This document shows positions 25,418 to 35,083 of a DNA stretch of 46,622 bases, piece by piece; the stretch's first letter is position 1; each line of letters begins with the position of its first letter. Below the pieces are notes generated by a model. The model was given only the letters and a program-made list of their open reading frames with translations, made no database searches and had not been told where the DNA came from. A program made the translations under genes and the position numbers. Source of the stretch: Dehalococcoidia bacterium (GTDB taxonomy: Bacteria; Chloroflexota; Dehalococcoidia; GIF9; AB-539-J10); assembly GCA_029857995.1 (NCBI GenBank), contig JAOUFZ010000001.1:1-46622 (forward strand), in the 5' to 3' direction.

Positions 25418-28072
25418 GTGACTGGTGACGAACTCAGGCAAGCGTTTCTGAATTTCTTTGAAGACAGGGGACACAAGGTTATCCCCGGTTCCTCTCTGGT
25501 GCCTCACAAAGACCCGACTTTGCTGCTGACCAGCGCTGGCATGGTGCAAATCAAGCCATACTTTCTGGGATTAGAGACCCCACCTAGCCAGCGATTGGCT
25601 TCCTGCCAGAAATGCTTTCGGACCACTGACATAGATTCGGTGGGCGATAGCAAGCACCTCACATTCTTCGAAATGCTTGGCAATTTCAGTGTGGGGAACT
25701 ATTTTAAGAGAGAAACTATTTCCTGGGCCTGGGAATTTGTTGCCAGGTATTTGGGGTTGCCCGAGGAGCGGCTCTGGATAACCATTTACCATGACGATGA
25801 TGAAGCCTTCGCCTATTGGCGGCAAATTGGTGTTCCTGTGGAAAAGATATTACGATTCGGAGAAAAGGATAATTTCTGGGGGCCTGTTGGCGATTCTGGT
25901 CCGTGTGGACCATGCAGCGAGATTCATTATGACCTTGGTGAAGAGCTTGGCTGTGGTAAAGCTGAATGTAAGCCTAATTGCGATTGCGGTCGCTTCTCCG
26001 AGATATGGAACCTGGTATTCACCCAGTACAATCAAGACCAAAGTGGACGACGCACTCCTTTACCCAAACCGAACATTGATACCGGTATGGGACTGGAGAG
26101 GACTTTGGCTGCTATCCAGGGCAAATCCTCCCCTTATGAAACAGATTTGTTTTCCCCTTTGGTGGGCCACATTTGCCGCTTGTCCGGGAAAAAGTACGGT
26201 CGGGACGAGAATACCGACCGGGCCATTAGAATTGTGACTGAGCACTCACGCGGCATTGCCTTTCTCATTGCTGCTGATGTTAGACCTGACAACGTGGGGA
26301 GGGGATATGTCCTGCGGCGAATACTCAGGCGGGCTTCGCTCTTCGGCAGGAAACTGGGATTGAATGACCCTTTCCTTAATGAAATGGCTGAAGTTGTCGT
26401 TAGCACGATGAGCCACATATATCCTGAGCTTATGGCTAATCAAAGCCTGATTAGCGAGGTAGTTAGAGTTGAAGAGGAAAAGTTCGTTACTACCCTAGAT
26501 ACCGGACTTAACTTGGTGGAAAAGCTCATTGGCGAAGCTTTAGCTCAAAGGAGAGAGGGGCTAACAGGCGAGGAGGTATTCAGGCTTTACGATACCTATG
26601 GCTTTCCCCCGGAGCTGACCGCCGAGATTGCCCGAGAAAAAGGCCTATCTATAGACTGGGAAGGGTTCCAGGCTGAAATGGAGAAGCAAAGGGAAAGAGC
26701 CAGGGCCAGCCAAAGGGTCGTCACGGGGAGTGTTCATATGAGAGGGAAAGGCAAGCTAAAGGTTAAGGCTACGGTCACACATAAGCAAACACGTTTTGTT
26801 GGCTATCAAAAATACAGCTCTAGGTCAAAGGTTCGCGATTTGATAACTAACGAATGCTCTGTGCGAAGTGTGGGTGAAGGTAGTGAAGTTGACGTGATAC
26901 TTGATAAAACACCCTTCTATGGTGAAATGGGTGGGCAAGTAGGCGATAGAGGTGAAATCAATAGCCAGGAGGGAAAGGTAGTCGTCACAAATACACTTAG
27001 AACTCATTCAGATGCGATAATACATAGAGGAAAAGTGGTTGAAGGGAGCATATCTATCGGCGATGAAGTGGAAGCCAAAGTTGATGTCGCCCGCCGCCTG
27101 GATATCGCCCGCAACCACACCGCCACCCATCTCCTCCAGGCTGCTTTAAGGCAAACATTGGGCAACCGTGTTTATCAAAAAGGCTCGTTAGTAGAGCCTG
27201 AAAGGTTTAGATTTGACTTTTCCCATATGGCTTCCATAACTGAGGAAGAGCGCGAGAAAATTCAGCGACAAGTTAACGAATGGATACGCCAGAACCTGGA
27301 AGTGAAGGCAAAGACACTTCCTTATGCGGAGGCTGTCGCTGAGGGTGCTATTGCTCTATTTGAAGAGAAGTATGGAGAAGAAGTTCGGATGTTGACAATC
27401 GGGGAGCCAGCGATGAGCAAGGAGCTGTGTGGCGGCACTCACGTAAAGTCAAGCGGGGAGCTTGGCATGTTTCTGATTACCGGTGAAAGCAGCATCGGCA
27501 CAGGACTGCATCGTATTGAAGCCATAACGGGAAGAGAAGCTGAATATCTAATTGAATCTCGGTCAGCTGCCTTACAACACATAGCCAAAGAAGTGGAAGG
27601 CTCGCTCGAAGAAGTCCCTGACAAGGTGAAAGCATTGATTGGCGAGCTGGAAGCAGAGCGCAAGAAGGGACTTTTGCTGGAAAGGGAACTGTCGCGCAGA
27701 ATAGCGGAGGATTTGCCTGGGCAAGCGGAGCAGGTGAGCGGTGTGACAGTTCTGGCTGCCAGGGTGCCACCATTGACCATGCCTATCCTCAGGGAAATGG
27801 GCGATATATTGCGAGACAGGTTAAAGAGCGCCATAGTGGTTTTGGCTACGGTTTACAACGGTAAGCCCAGCTTTTTGGCCATGGTGACTCCTGACCTGGT
27901 GGCTAGGGGACTTCATGCCGGCGACATCATCGACCAGGTGGCCAAGGTTGCCGGCGGAGGTGGTGGTGGCAAGGCCGCCATGGCTCAAGCCGGCGGTAAG
28001 GATGCAAGTAAGGTTGACGAGGCTTTGAAATTAGCCAAAAGTGTCGTTGCCAGCCGAGTCTCTTCTCACTGA
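25418..28072 (+). CDS. alaS: alanine--tRNA ligase
   Basis: 884 aa with a GTG start. It has FLNFFEDRGH, an editing domain HTATHLL and a C-terminal DHHA1 with a GGGGGGK stretch. Confidence 0.95.
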   Translation: MTGDELRQAFLNFFEDRGHKVIPGSSLVPHKDPTLLLTSAGMVQIKPYFLGLETPPSQRLASCQKCFRTTDIDSVGDSKHLTFFEMLGNFSVGNYFKRETISWAWEFVARYLGLPEERLWITIYHDDDEAFAYWRQIGVPVEKILRFGEKDNFWGPVGDSGPCGPCSEIHYDLGEELGCGKAECKPNCDCGRFSEIWNLVFTQYNQDQSGRRTPLPKPNIDTGMGLERTLAAIQGKSSPYETDLFSPLVGHICRLSGKKYGRDENTDRAIRIVTEHSRGIAFLIAADVRPDNVGRGYVLRRILRRASLFGRKLGLNDPFLNEMAEVVVSTMSHIYPELMANQSLISEVVRVEEEKFVTTLDTGLNLVEKLIGEALAQRREGLTGEEVFRLYDTYGFPPELTAEIAREKGLSIDWEGFQAEMEKQRERARASQRVVTGSVHMRGKGKLKVKATVTHKQTRFVGYQKYSSRSKVRDLITNECSVRSVGEGSEVDVILDKTPFYGEMGGQVGDRGEINSQEGKVVVTNTLRTHSDAIIHRGKVVEGSISIGDEVEAKVDVARRLDIARNHTATHLLQAALRQTLGNRVYQKGSLVEPERFRFDFSHMASITEEEREKIQRQVNEWIRQNLEVKAKTLPYAEAVAEGAIALFEEKYGEEVRMLTIGEPAMSKELCGGTHVKSSGELGMFLITGESSIGTGLHRIEAITGREAEYLIESRSAALQHIAKEVEGSLEEVPDKVKALIGELEAERKKGLLLERELSRRIAEDLPGQAEQVSGVTVLAARVPPLTMPILREMGDILRDRLKSAIVVLATVYNGKPSFLAMVTPDLVARGLHAGDIIDQVAKVAGGGGGGKAAMAQAGGKDASKVDEALKLAKSVVASRVSSH

Positions 28073-28203
28073 AGGAAATAAGAAAATCAAGAAGCGAGAG
28101 TCAGAATGACAAATGGGAAAGTCGGAAATCGGTTTTTGACTTTTTGAGGTGTAATCTTGATTCTTGATCTTAAATTGTTGATTTCATTGGCGGTGAGCCT
28201 GAA

Positions 28204-28698
28204 ATGCGTATCTTAGGGCTAGATGTTGGGGATATGAGAACGGGGGTGGCCATAAGCGATCCACAGGGGATTCTAGCTACTCCACTAACTGTCCTTGCTA
28301 GTAGAGACGAAAACGCGCTCATAGCAGAAATTCTCACGCTTGTGGGGCAGCACAAAGTGGAGCGTGTTGTGGTTGGTTTGCCTCGCCGGCTAAGCGGCGA
28401 CTTGGGGAAACAAGCTAATAAGGTGACAGCTTTCGCCGACAAATTGTCAGCGCAGGCAAAGCAAAGCGATCTTGACCAGCTCGATGTACAGCTATGGGAT
28501 GAACGACTTTCTACCAAAGCTGCCCAACGCTTGAAGACGAAGGCTGATGGCAGGGGAAGCAAACTGCGTCCCGGGGCAAAACGAGGAGCCAGGAATCACG
28601 GCTTCTCGGCTAAAGCCGGGGTAGATGCCATAGCAGCCGCCTATATTCTCGAGGGTTTTCTGGATAGCCAGCATTCGGGCGATGCCGAGGAGTCTTAG
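28204..28698 (+). CDS. ruvX: putative pre-16S rRNA nuclease / Holliday-junction-resolvase-like YqgF (RuvX)
   Basis: 164 aa. It has MRILGLDVGDMRTGVAISD and a LWDERLST motif. Confidence 0.9.
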   Translation: MRILGLDVGDMRTGVAISDPQGILATPLTVLASRDENALIAEILTLVGQHKVERVVVGLPRRLSGDLGKQANKVTAFADKLSAQAKQSDLDQLDVQLWDERLSTKAAQRLKTKADGRGSKLRPGAKRGARNHGFSAKAGVDAIAAAYILEGFLDSQHSGDAEES

Positions 28699-28701
28699 GC
28701 A

Positions 28702-29589
28702 ATGTCCAGATACATAGGCCTCATCGGTTATCCTCTCAGGCATTCTGTTTCTCCTTATTTCCAGCAGGCAGCTCTGGATTATTATGGACTTGATATTCGC
28801 TACGAAGCTTGGGAGACAAGCCCGGCCGAGCTTCCGGACATAGTGAGGAATTTGAGAAAACCTCAAAACATTGGAGCTAACGTAACTGTTCCCTATAAAG
28901 AGACAGTCTTACCCTTATTAGATGGAATTGATGACCTGGCACGTTCAATTGGTGCTGTCAATACCATAGTCAAAAAAGATGATAGGCTTCTGGGTTCCAA
29001 TACTGACGCCTACGGTTTTATTGAGGCACTAGATAAGGAAGGGCACCTTGACCCTGAGGGAAAGCAAGTCATCATGTTGGGTGCTGGCGGGGTGGCCAGG
29101 GCAGTGACTTTTGTTCTGGTGCAAAGAAAAGTGGCTTCACTGGGCATTTCTGATGGTATCTTTGAGCGAGCCAGTACATTGGCCGAAAATTTGGTCAGGT
29201 ATATTAAAGAAGCTTCACCGAGCTCGAAGGATTGGGAGGCCAGTATCAGTGCATTTCAGTGGCAGAATCTAGGCTCAGCCGGAACTTTTGTCGACTGCGA
29301 TTTAATAGTCCATTGCACCACAATAGGAATGAAGGACAGTCCTCAAGAGGGACAATCACCTCTCAGCCTTGAAGTGATTCCTAAGAACGTCCTGGTATAT
29401 GATGTCGTATATAACCCCTGGCTGACACCTCTGTTAAGGCTAGCACAAAAAGCCGGGGCCAATATACTTGGCGGGCTACCTATGCTAGTATACCAAGGAG
29501 CGGCTTCCTTCAAGCTATGGACAGGTAAGGAAGCTCCTGTCGACATAATGTTGAAAAGAGCTAAGGAAATGTTGACAGGGGAACAATGA
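28702..29589 (+). CDS. aroE: shikimate dehydrogenase
   Basis: 295 aa. It has GLIGYPL.HS.SP..Q, NVTVPYK, GAVNT and GAGG.ARA. Confidence 0.9.
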   Translation: MSRYIGLIGYPLRHSVSPYFQQAALDYYGLDIRYEAWETSPAELPDIVRNLRKPQNIGANVTVPYKETVLPLLDGIDDLARSIGAVNTIVKKDDRLLGSNTDAYGFIEALDKEGHLDPEGKQVIMLGAGGVARAVTFVLVQRKVASLGISDGIFERASTLAENLVRYIKEASPSSKDWEASISAFQWQNLGSAGTFVDCDLIVHCTTIGMKDSPQEGQSPLSLEVIPKNVLVYDVVYNPWLTPLLRLAQKAGANILGGLPMLVYQGAASFKLWTGKEAPVDIMLKRAKEMLTGEQ

Positions 29590-30512
29590 TGAGAAAAAAG
29601 GCAATCATTGTCAGTTTGTGTGTATTGGCGGTGCTCGCGGCGATACTGATTCCGGTTCTCTTGATTCCGAGGCGGGCACCGGATAAAGTTGTTGTAATTC
29701 CGCTCAGTGGGAGTATTACGACAGGAGACTCTTCATCCTTCTCTGGCTCAAGCATTACCCCGGGGCTCGTAAGAAACTATTTGGCAAAGGCAGAGAGAGA
29801 TAAGGCGGTTAAGGCGATTGTTTTCCATATAGATAGCTCTGGCGGTGAGATAGAGCCCTGCCAGGAAATCCTTTTGGAGATAGAGAGAGCTAAGGAGACA
29901 AAAACGATTGTAGTGAGCATGGGGGGTATGGCTGCTTCGGGTGGCTACTATATTTCAACCCCGGCAGATAAGATTGTTGCCCTTCCTACTACAATGACGG
30001 GAAGCATCGGGGTTATTTCTTCCGCAGTGAACGTTAAGGGACTTCTAGAGAAGCTTGGTATTGAGATAGCAATCTTCAAGGGCGGCAAGTATAAGGACAT
30101 GTATTGGGGGGTCAGGGAACTAACGGCGGAAGAACAGGAAATTATGCAGGCAATGGTCGATGAGTATTACGAGCAATTCATTGACGTGGTTGTTGAAAGG
30201 AGGGGGCTAAGCGAGGATGATGTCAGAGATTTAGCTACAGGGCAGCTTTACAGTGGTAGCAAAGCGAAGGAGTTGGGTCTAGTTGATGAACTGGGCGACC
30301 TGGATACAGCAATAGATTTGGCTATGGAATTAGCTGACATACAAACTGCGATAGTGAAGTATTATAAACCACCCAGGCTAACACTATGGTCGCTGTTAGG
30401 GCTTGTCGATGTTATAAAGGCGAGGATATCTGGGTCGGGTGCAGAAGACATGATTCTATTGGAAATTTTAAACCATAACTATCCACAGCCTCTATTTCTA
30501 TATCAAAGCTGA
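29586..30512 (+). CDS. sppA: signal peptide peptidase SppA (36K type)
   Basis: 308 aa with an N-terminal TM. The ClpP/crotonase-fold motifs are IDSSGGE, AASGGYYIS and GSIGV. ATGA overlaps the aroE stop. Confidence 0.85.
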   Translation: MMRKKAIIVSLCVLAVLAAILIPVLLIPRRAPDKVVVIPLSGSITTGDSSSFSGSSITPGLVRNYLAKAERDKAVKAIVFHIDSSGGEIEPCQEILLEIERAKETKTIVVSMGGMAASGGYYISTPADKIVALPTTMTGSIGVISSAVNVKGLLEKLGIEIAIFKGGKYKDMYWGVRELTAEEQEIMQAMVDEYYEQFIDVVVERRGLSEDDVRDLATGQLYSGSKAKELGLVDELGDLDTAIDLAMELADIQTAIVKYYKPPRLTLWSLLGLVDVIKARISGSGAEDMILLEILNHNYPQPLFLYQS

Positions 30513-30616
30513 TTCCACTCACGAAGACGTTGAGATTCTCGTGGGTACCCGGTTGAGTCTAAGGTTGAGTTTATGGAGTTAGTCAAGGGGTCACAGGGCT
30601 TTTTAGGGTTAATCTA

Positions 30617-31798
30617 ATGGGACAATTTCGTTTTCTTACCGGCGGGGAATCCCACGGAAAGGGGTTGGTGGCCATAGCGGAAGGCATGGTGGCTGCCCTT
30701 CCCCTGGAAGAGGGTTATATCAATAAGGAACTCAGGCGTCGCCAACAAGGCTACGGGCGCGGTCCTCGCATGAAGATTGAAGAGGATAAGGCGGAAATTA
30801 TGGCAGGTGTTCGCTACGGGCTCACTACGGGTAGCCCCATCGGACTCTTTATCACCAATCGAGACTGGCAAAACTGGCAGGAACAGTTGAGTGTTTCTCC
30901 AATAGAGAAAGAAGCCGAGCCTGTAACCAGTCCCCGCCCGGGACATGCCGACCTGGCTGGTGTAACTAAATACGGTCTTAAAGATATCAGGCCGCTTATG
31001 GAAAGAGCCAGTGCCCGGGAAACAGCCGCCAGAGTAGCTGTCGGAGCCATAGCCCGAAGATTCCTGGAGGAGTTGGGCATTGCCATTCATAGCCACACTG
31101 TGGCAATTGGGCAACATCACTGGGAACGAGGCGAAACGAGCTCTATAGATTGGCAAGAAGTAGAAGCCTCTCCAGTCCATTGTGCTAATGCCAAACTGGA
31201 GAAGGGGATGATGGCAGCCATTGATGCCGCCAAAGCCGATGGAGACACGTTGGGAGGCGTCTTTGAAGTGATTGCTACCGGCGTTCCCATCGGGCTGGGC
31301 AGCCACGTTAGCTGGGACCGTCGTCTCGATGGCAGGATTGCTAAGGCGATAATGAGCATCAATGCCGTAAAAGGAGTGGAAATTGGAGCGGGATTTGTTT
31401 TAGCCAAGCTTAGAGGGTCGCAAGCTCAAGATGTTATAGAACCTGCTTCTTCTGTCATTGCGAGCGAAGCGAAGCAATCTCTTCTCTGGCGACATGCCAC
31501 CAACCATGCCGGGGGCATCGAAGGTGGCATGAGCAATGGCGAGGATATAGTAGTGAAGGCAGCAGTCAAACCTATTGCTACCCTAGCTAGTCCTTTGCCT
31601 TCCGTAGACCTTCGTAGCGGGAAGGTAGCGAAAGCTCACTACGAGCGCAGCGATATTTGTGTCGTCCCCGCCGCTGGAGTAATCGGAGAAGCTATGTTAG
31701 CTATCGTCCTGGCTGATGCCTGTCTGGAGAAATTCGGTGGGGATAACTTAAAAGAGACGCTGGCAAATTACCGTAATTATCTGAGCAACATATCCTAG
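30617..31798 (+). CDS. aroC: chorismate synthase (carries an in-frame repeat insertion)
   Basis: 393 aa. It has FRFLTGGESHG, RPGHAD, AARVA, GGIEGGMSNG and ERSD.C.VPAA. Confidence 0.95.
   Translation: MGQFRFLTGGESHGKGLVAIAEGMVAALPLEEGYINKELRRRQQGYGRGPRMKIEEDKAEIMAGVRYGLTTGSPIGLFITNRDWQNWQEQLSVSPIEKEAEPVTSPRPGHADLAGVTKYGLKDIRPLMERASARETAARVAVGAIARRFLEELGIAIHSHTVAIGQHHWERGETSSIDWQEVEASPVHCANAKLEKGMMAAIDAAKADGDTLGGVFEVIATGVPIGLGSHVSWDRRLDGRIAKAIMSINAVKGVEIGAGFVLAKLRGSQAQDVIEPASSVIASEAKQSLLWRHATNHAGGIEGGMSNGEDIVVKAAVKPIATLASPLPSVDLRSGKVAKAHYERSDICVVPAAGVIGEAMLAIVLADACLEKFGGDNLKETLANYRNYLSNIS
31454..31481 (+). repeat. 28-nt hairpin-type repeat, copy 1 (inside aroC)
   Basis: GTCATTGCGAGCGAAGCGAAGCAATCTC, translated as VIASEAKQSL. 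Confidence 0.85.
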
Positions 31799-31926
31799 TT
31801 GCTCGACCACAATCCCCAGTTAAATGAGGCGGTATTAGAAACACCGAAGAAGCATTAACAGAAGCCTTTAATGGGGAATATCTTTAATACCGCTTAGCAG
31901 GCCGGAACGTCACTCTGGCCTGCCCA

Positions 31927-33132
31927 TCACTCACTGGGCAAGGACTTGATGAACTCACCCACCAGGTTGACATTGGCCAATTCATGCTTCCATGCCTCGG
32001 CATCATGTTGCAGCCAAAACGGGTAAGAGGTAACGACAATAACCATATCGAGTTCATCCAGCAAAACAATCAGCTGCCCTCCATGTCCCCACGCGAGGTC
32101 GAAATGATGCTCGCCTACTCTGGCAGACCACCACTGATAGCCATACCCGGCGTCGCGGAAGGAAAGGCCCCAGTTTGCCGGAAATCCGCCAGTCACATTG
32201 ATATCCTCCGAGTACCTCTGCAGGGAATCATGCACCCAGTCGGCGGGAACGACCTGGTTTCCCTCGTATTCACCATCGTTGAGGTATAACAGGCCGAATT
32301 TGGCCGCATCACGTGCCGTCAAGTGCAGATCCGCACAGCCATTGTTGTGGCCCTCCGCGTCCATGCCCCATTCGCCCGCCTCCACACCAAGCGGTAAGAA
32401 AAGATTCTCTTCAGCGTATGCCTTGAGATTCGTACCAGTCGCCCGGTCTACGATAATCCCCAGCCAGTTGGACGATAGATTGCTGTAATGGAACTCGGTT
32501 CCCGGATCGGCGATGAGAGGGAATTCTTCTATGAGAGGCGGATAGTGACCCGATAAAAGGCCATCCCAGAGAGCAGGACTGGTTTCCTCCCACGGATATC
32601 CAGCGCGCATCTGAAGCAACTCTCGAATCGTTATCTGCTCCTTCCTCGGGTCAGTGATCTGATCGGCCAACTCCGGGAAGAAATCCAGCATCTTCTGGTC
32701 CACGCTTGACAGGTAACCCTGATCCAGAGCAATTCCGACCAGCGCCGAGGTATAACTCTTCGTCACCGATTGTAACCGGTCTTTCTGGTCAACCGAACCT
32801 TCATTGAAATAATCTTCAGCGATGAGATAGCCGTTCTTGATGACCAGCAGGCTATAGAGGGTCTCTAATTCAGCCGCATTGTAATACAGCTCCGCCACCA
32901 GCATCGGATCCAGCCCTTGCTCTGCGGGTGTTGATACCTCCCAGTCATCCCCGGGCAGCGGTGTGTAGTCAACAGCTAAGAGACCCTCAATCGAAGGGCC
33001 AGAACTGGGTATCGCTGACATGACCAGGAGCACGATGGCGATTATCAGGAGAGAATACTGACGCCAGTTAAAGCACAATTTAAACTTTTTACCCATTGGC
33101 TTCTTCCAATTAGCCCCGTCTAATGTGGCCAA
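31927..33132 (-). CDS. serine hydrolase, class-C beta-lactamase / D-aminopeptidase fold, membrane-anchored or secreted
   Basis: 401 aa with an N-terminal hydrophobic segment. It has an SxxK motif in QSVTKSYT and a YSN motif (HYSNLS). The start could be the internal MGKKFKL at 33096. Confidence 0.8.
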   Translation of the reverse strand: MATLDGANWKKPMGKKFKLCFNWRQYSLLIIAIVLLVMSAIPSSGPSIEGLLAVDYTPLPGDDWEVSTPAEQGLDPMLVAELYYNAAELETLYSLLVIKNGYLIAEDYFNEGSVDQKDRLQSVTKSYTSALVGIALDQGYLSSVDQKMLDFFPELADQITDPRKEQITIRELLQMRAGYPWEETSPALWDGLLSGHYPPLIEEFPLIADPGTEFHYSNLSSNWLGIIVDRATGTNLKAYAEENLFLPLGVEAGEWGMDAEGHNNGCADLHLTARDAAKFGLLYLNDGEYEGNQVVPADWVHDSLQRYSEDINVTGGFPANWGLSFRDAGYGYQWWSARVGEHHFDLAWGHGGQLIVLLDELDMVIVVTSYPFWLQHDAEAWKHELANVNLVGEFIKSLPSE

Positions 33133-33216
33133 ACAAGGGGTTTTTGAAGCTATTCTACCATAGAAACCTGTTTGTACAACTTGCTTTATATAGGAAATTC
33201 AGGTTAAAAGGTGTAA

Positions 33217-33843
33217 TCACTGGAGAAAGGGATTTCCTCGGCGCTCATCACCGACAGTGGTGGTCGGTCCGTGACCGGGGTAGACAATGGTTTCATCAGG
33301 TAAGACCATAAGCTTTTCATGGATACTCTTCATCAGACGTTCGTGGCTGCAACCGGGAAAATCGGTCCTGCCAATGCCAAGACTAAATAGAGTATCGCCA
33401 CTGAAGACCACTCCCTGCCCCCAAAGACAGATTCCACCAGAACTGTGTCCCGGCGTGTGAAGGACTTCGAAGTGTAAGTCGTCCACATCTATGCAGTCAC
33501 CATCCTTAAGTAACCTGTCCGGGCGAGGGGGTGATTTGACAGGAGAGATGCCGAGTGATGTTAGCATACGCATTGGGGCGGAAAATACGAATCCTTTCTC
33601 AGCCTCATGAACGGCAAACTGGGCATTAGTCCTTGCTTGAACTGCACGCAGGGCACCAACATGGTCCATATGGGCATGGGTTATCACGATTAACGATATG
33701 GATAACCCTGTTTGCTGCACCGTTCTCAAAATAGTCTCAGCGTCAGCGCCGGGATCAATAATCATCCCTTGCTTGGTCGCGGATGAACCAACGATATAGC
33801 AGTTGGCGGCAAAGGGACCGACCGCTAGCATCTTTAGAATCAT
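33217..33843 (-). CDS. MBL-fold metallo-hydrolase (glyoxalase II-like)
   Basis: It has the HxHxDH motif (ITHAHMDHVG), then HTPGHS. The start is chosen at MILKMLAVGPF; the track ORF extends to 33891. Confidence 0.85.
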   Translation of the reverse strand: MILKMLAVGPFAANCYIVGSSATKQGMIIDPGADAETILRTVQQTGLSISLIVITHAHMDHVGALRAVQARTNAQFAVHEAEKGFVFSAPMRMLTSLGISPVKSPPRPDRLLKDGDCIDVDDLHFEVLHTPGHSSGGICLWGQGVVFSGDTLFSLGIGRTDFPGCSHERLMKSIHEKLMVLPDETIVYPGHGPTTTVGDERRGNPFLQ

Positions 33844-34021
33844 TGCGCTGTTCTCTGGCAATTCTGTGGTCGAATCCGTGAAGTATAGCACGAGTCTGCA
33901 CTCTGGGAAAACCGTTAGTTAACGAGATTATTTGGGAGACGCAACTGGAGAGTCTCATCGCAAGGAACGAAGACTAATCCGTTGGGTAGCAGACAAACAG
34001 ACCTGGGAGAGGGCTAGCAGT

Positions 34022-35068
34022 CTATAGAGGATGAAAGCAGGCAACGTAGTGGTCGCCGCCAACGGGCTCGAGTGGCGGCTCAAGTTCATGGCACTCTTTG
34101 CTCGCCCGGGAACACCTGGGATGAAAAGTGCAGCCGGGGGGTGGATTGGCTGGGCTGGGCACCTCGCCAGGCAGTACGATGCGACCGACCCTTCTCGCAG
34201 GGTCAGGGACTGGCGTTGCCGCGACTAGCGACTGGGCATAGGGATGACGCGGGGTGTGAAATATCTCCTCCGGCCTTCCCATCTCCACGACCTTACCCAG
34301 GTACATCACAGCGATATAATCGCAGACACTCTCGGCAATCAGAAGCTCATGGGTGATGTAGAGGTAGGTAAGGCCAAACTCTTTCTTAAGGTCCTTCAAA
34401 AGGTTGAGAATCTGGGCTTGCACAGAGACGTCCAGGGCAGAAGTGGGTTCGTCAAAGGCGATAAACTCCGGTTTCGTAGCCAGAGCACGAGCTATGGCGA
34501 TGCGCTGGCGCTGGCCGCCGCTAAATTGATGGGGATAGCGCTCCATCTGCCCTGCACTCAACCCAACTCTTGTGAGCAGGTCCTTGACTGCCGTCTGCTG
34601 TGCCTGGCCGGAAAGCACCCGGTGAATTATCAGGGGCTCAGCAACTGTATTCTTTATCTTCATGCGCGGGTCAAGGGAGGTAAAAGGGTCCTGGTGGACA
34701 AGCTGGGCACGGCGACGGAATAATTGGACCCTGTGACCGGAAAAGGTCGCCAGATCATTTTCCTTCAGGAGAGAAGCCAGTTCGCGACTATTCTTGTCCG
34801 CCGACTCCAATGCTTCTATCTGCGCCTTCGGCGCATCAGGGATATCGAAATAAACATGGCCGCTGGTTGGTCTCAAGAGGCGCACAACTGTCTTGGCCAG
34901 TGTCGTCTTGCCACAGCCGGATTCGCCTACCAGCCCCAGCCATTGCCCTCGCTTGATGGTCAGACTGACGCCATCCACCGCTTTGACCGCGCCGATCGGT
35001 CTTCTCAAAACACCACCGCGTATTGGGAAGTGTTTCTTCAATCGTCTGATATCAACAAGCGTGTTCAT
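34022..35068 (-). CDS. peptide ABC transporter ATP-binding protein (OppF/DppF type)
   Basis: It has Walker A GESGCGKT, the signature FSGGQRQR, Walker B FDEPTSALD and the C-terminal oligopeptide-type tail PSP.NPP.GC.FHPRC. Confidence 0.9.
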   Translation of the reverse strand: MNTLVDIRRLKKHFPIRGGVLRRPIGAVKAVDGVSLTIKRGQWLGLVGESGCGKTTLAKTVVRLLRPTSGHVYFDIPDAPKAQIEALESADKNSRELASLLKENDLATFSGHRVQLFRRRAQLVHQDPFTSLDPRMKIKNTVAEPLIIHRVLSGQAQQTAVKDLLTRVGLSAGQMERYPHQFSGGQRQRIAIARALATKPEFIAFDEPTSALDVSVQAQILNLLKDLKKEFGLTYLYITHELLIAESVCDYIAVMYLGKVVEMGRPEEIFHTPRHPYAQSLVAATPVPDPARRVGRIVLPGEVPSPANPPPGCTFHPRCSRASKECHELEPPLEPVGGDHYVACFHPL

Positions 35069-35083
35069 ATGTTATGTCGTCGA

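Noticed and set aside
28113-28145. GGGAAAGTCGG resembling the RNase P RNA GGAAAGUCCGG motif, and a weak AAAGTC-N14-GACTTT hairpin after alaS
   Set aside because: The match is partial only, and no surrounding P4/P10-12 structure is present. The region is far too short for an RNase P RNA. The hairpin is too weak (6 A/T-rich bp with a 14-nt loop) to call a terminator.
30614-31306. 230-aa minus-strand ORF antisense to aroC
   Set aside because: It lies entirely within the well-supported aroC frame. It has no recognisable motifs, and its low-complexity G/S/R-rich sequence is typical of shadow ORFs in GC-rich coding DNA.
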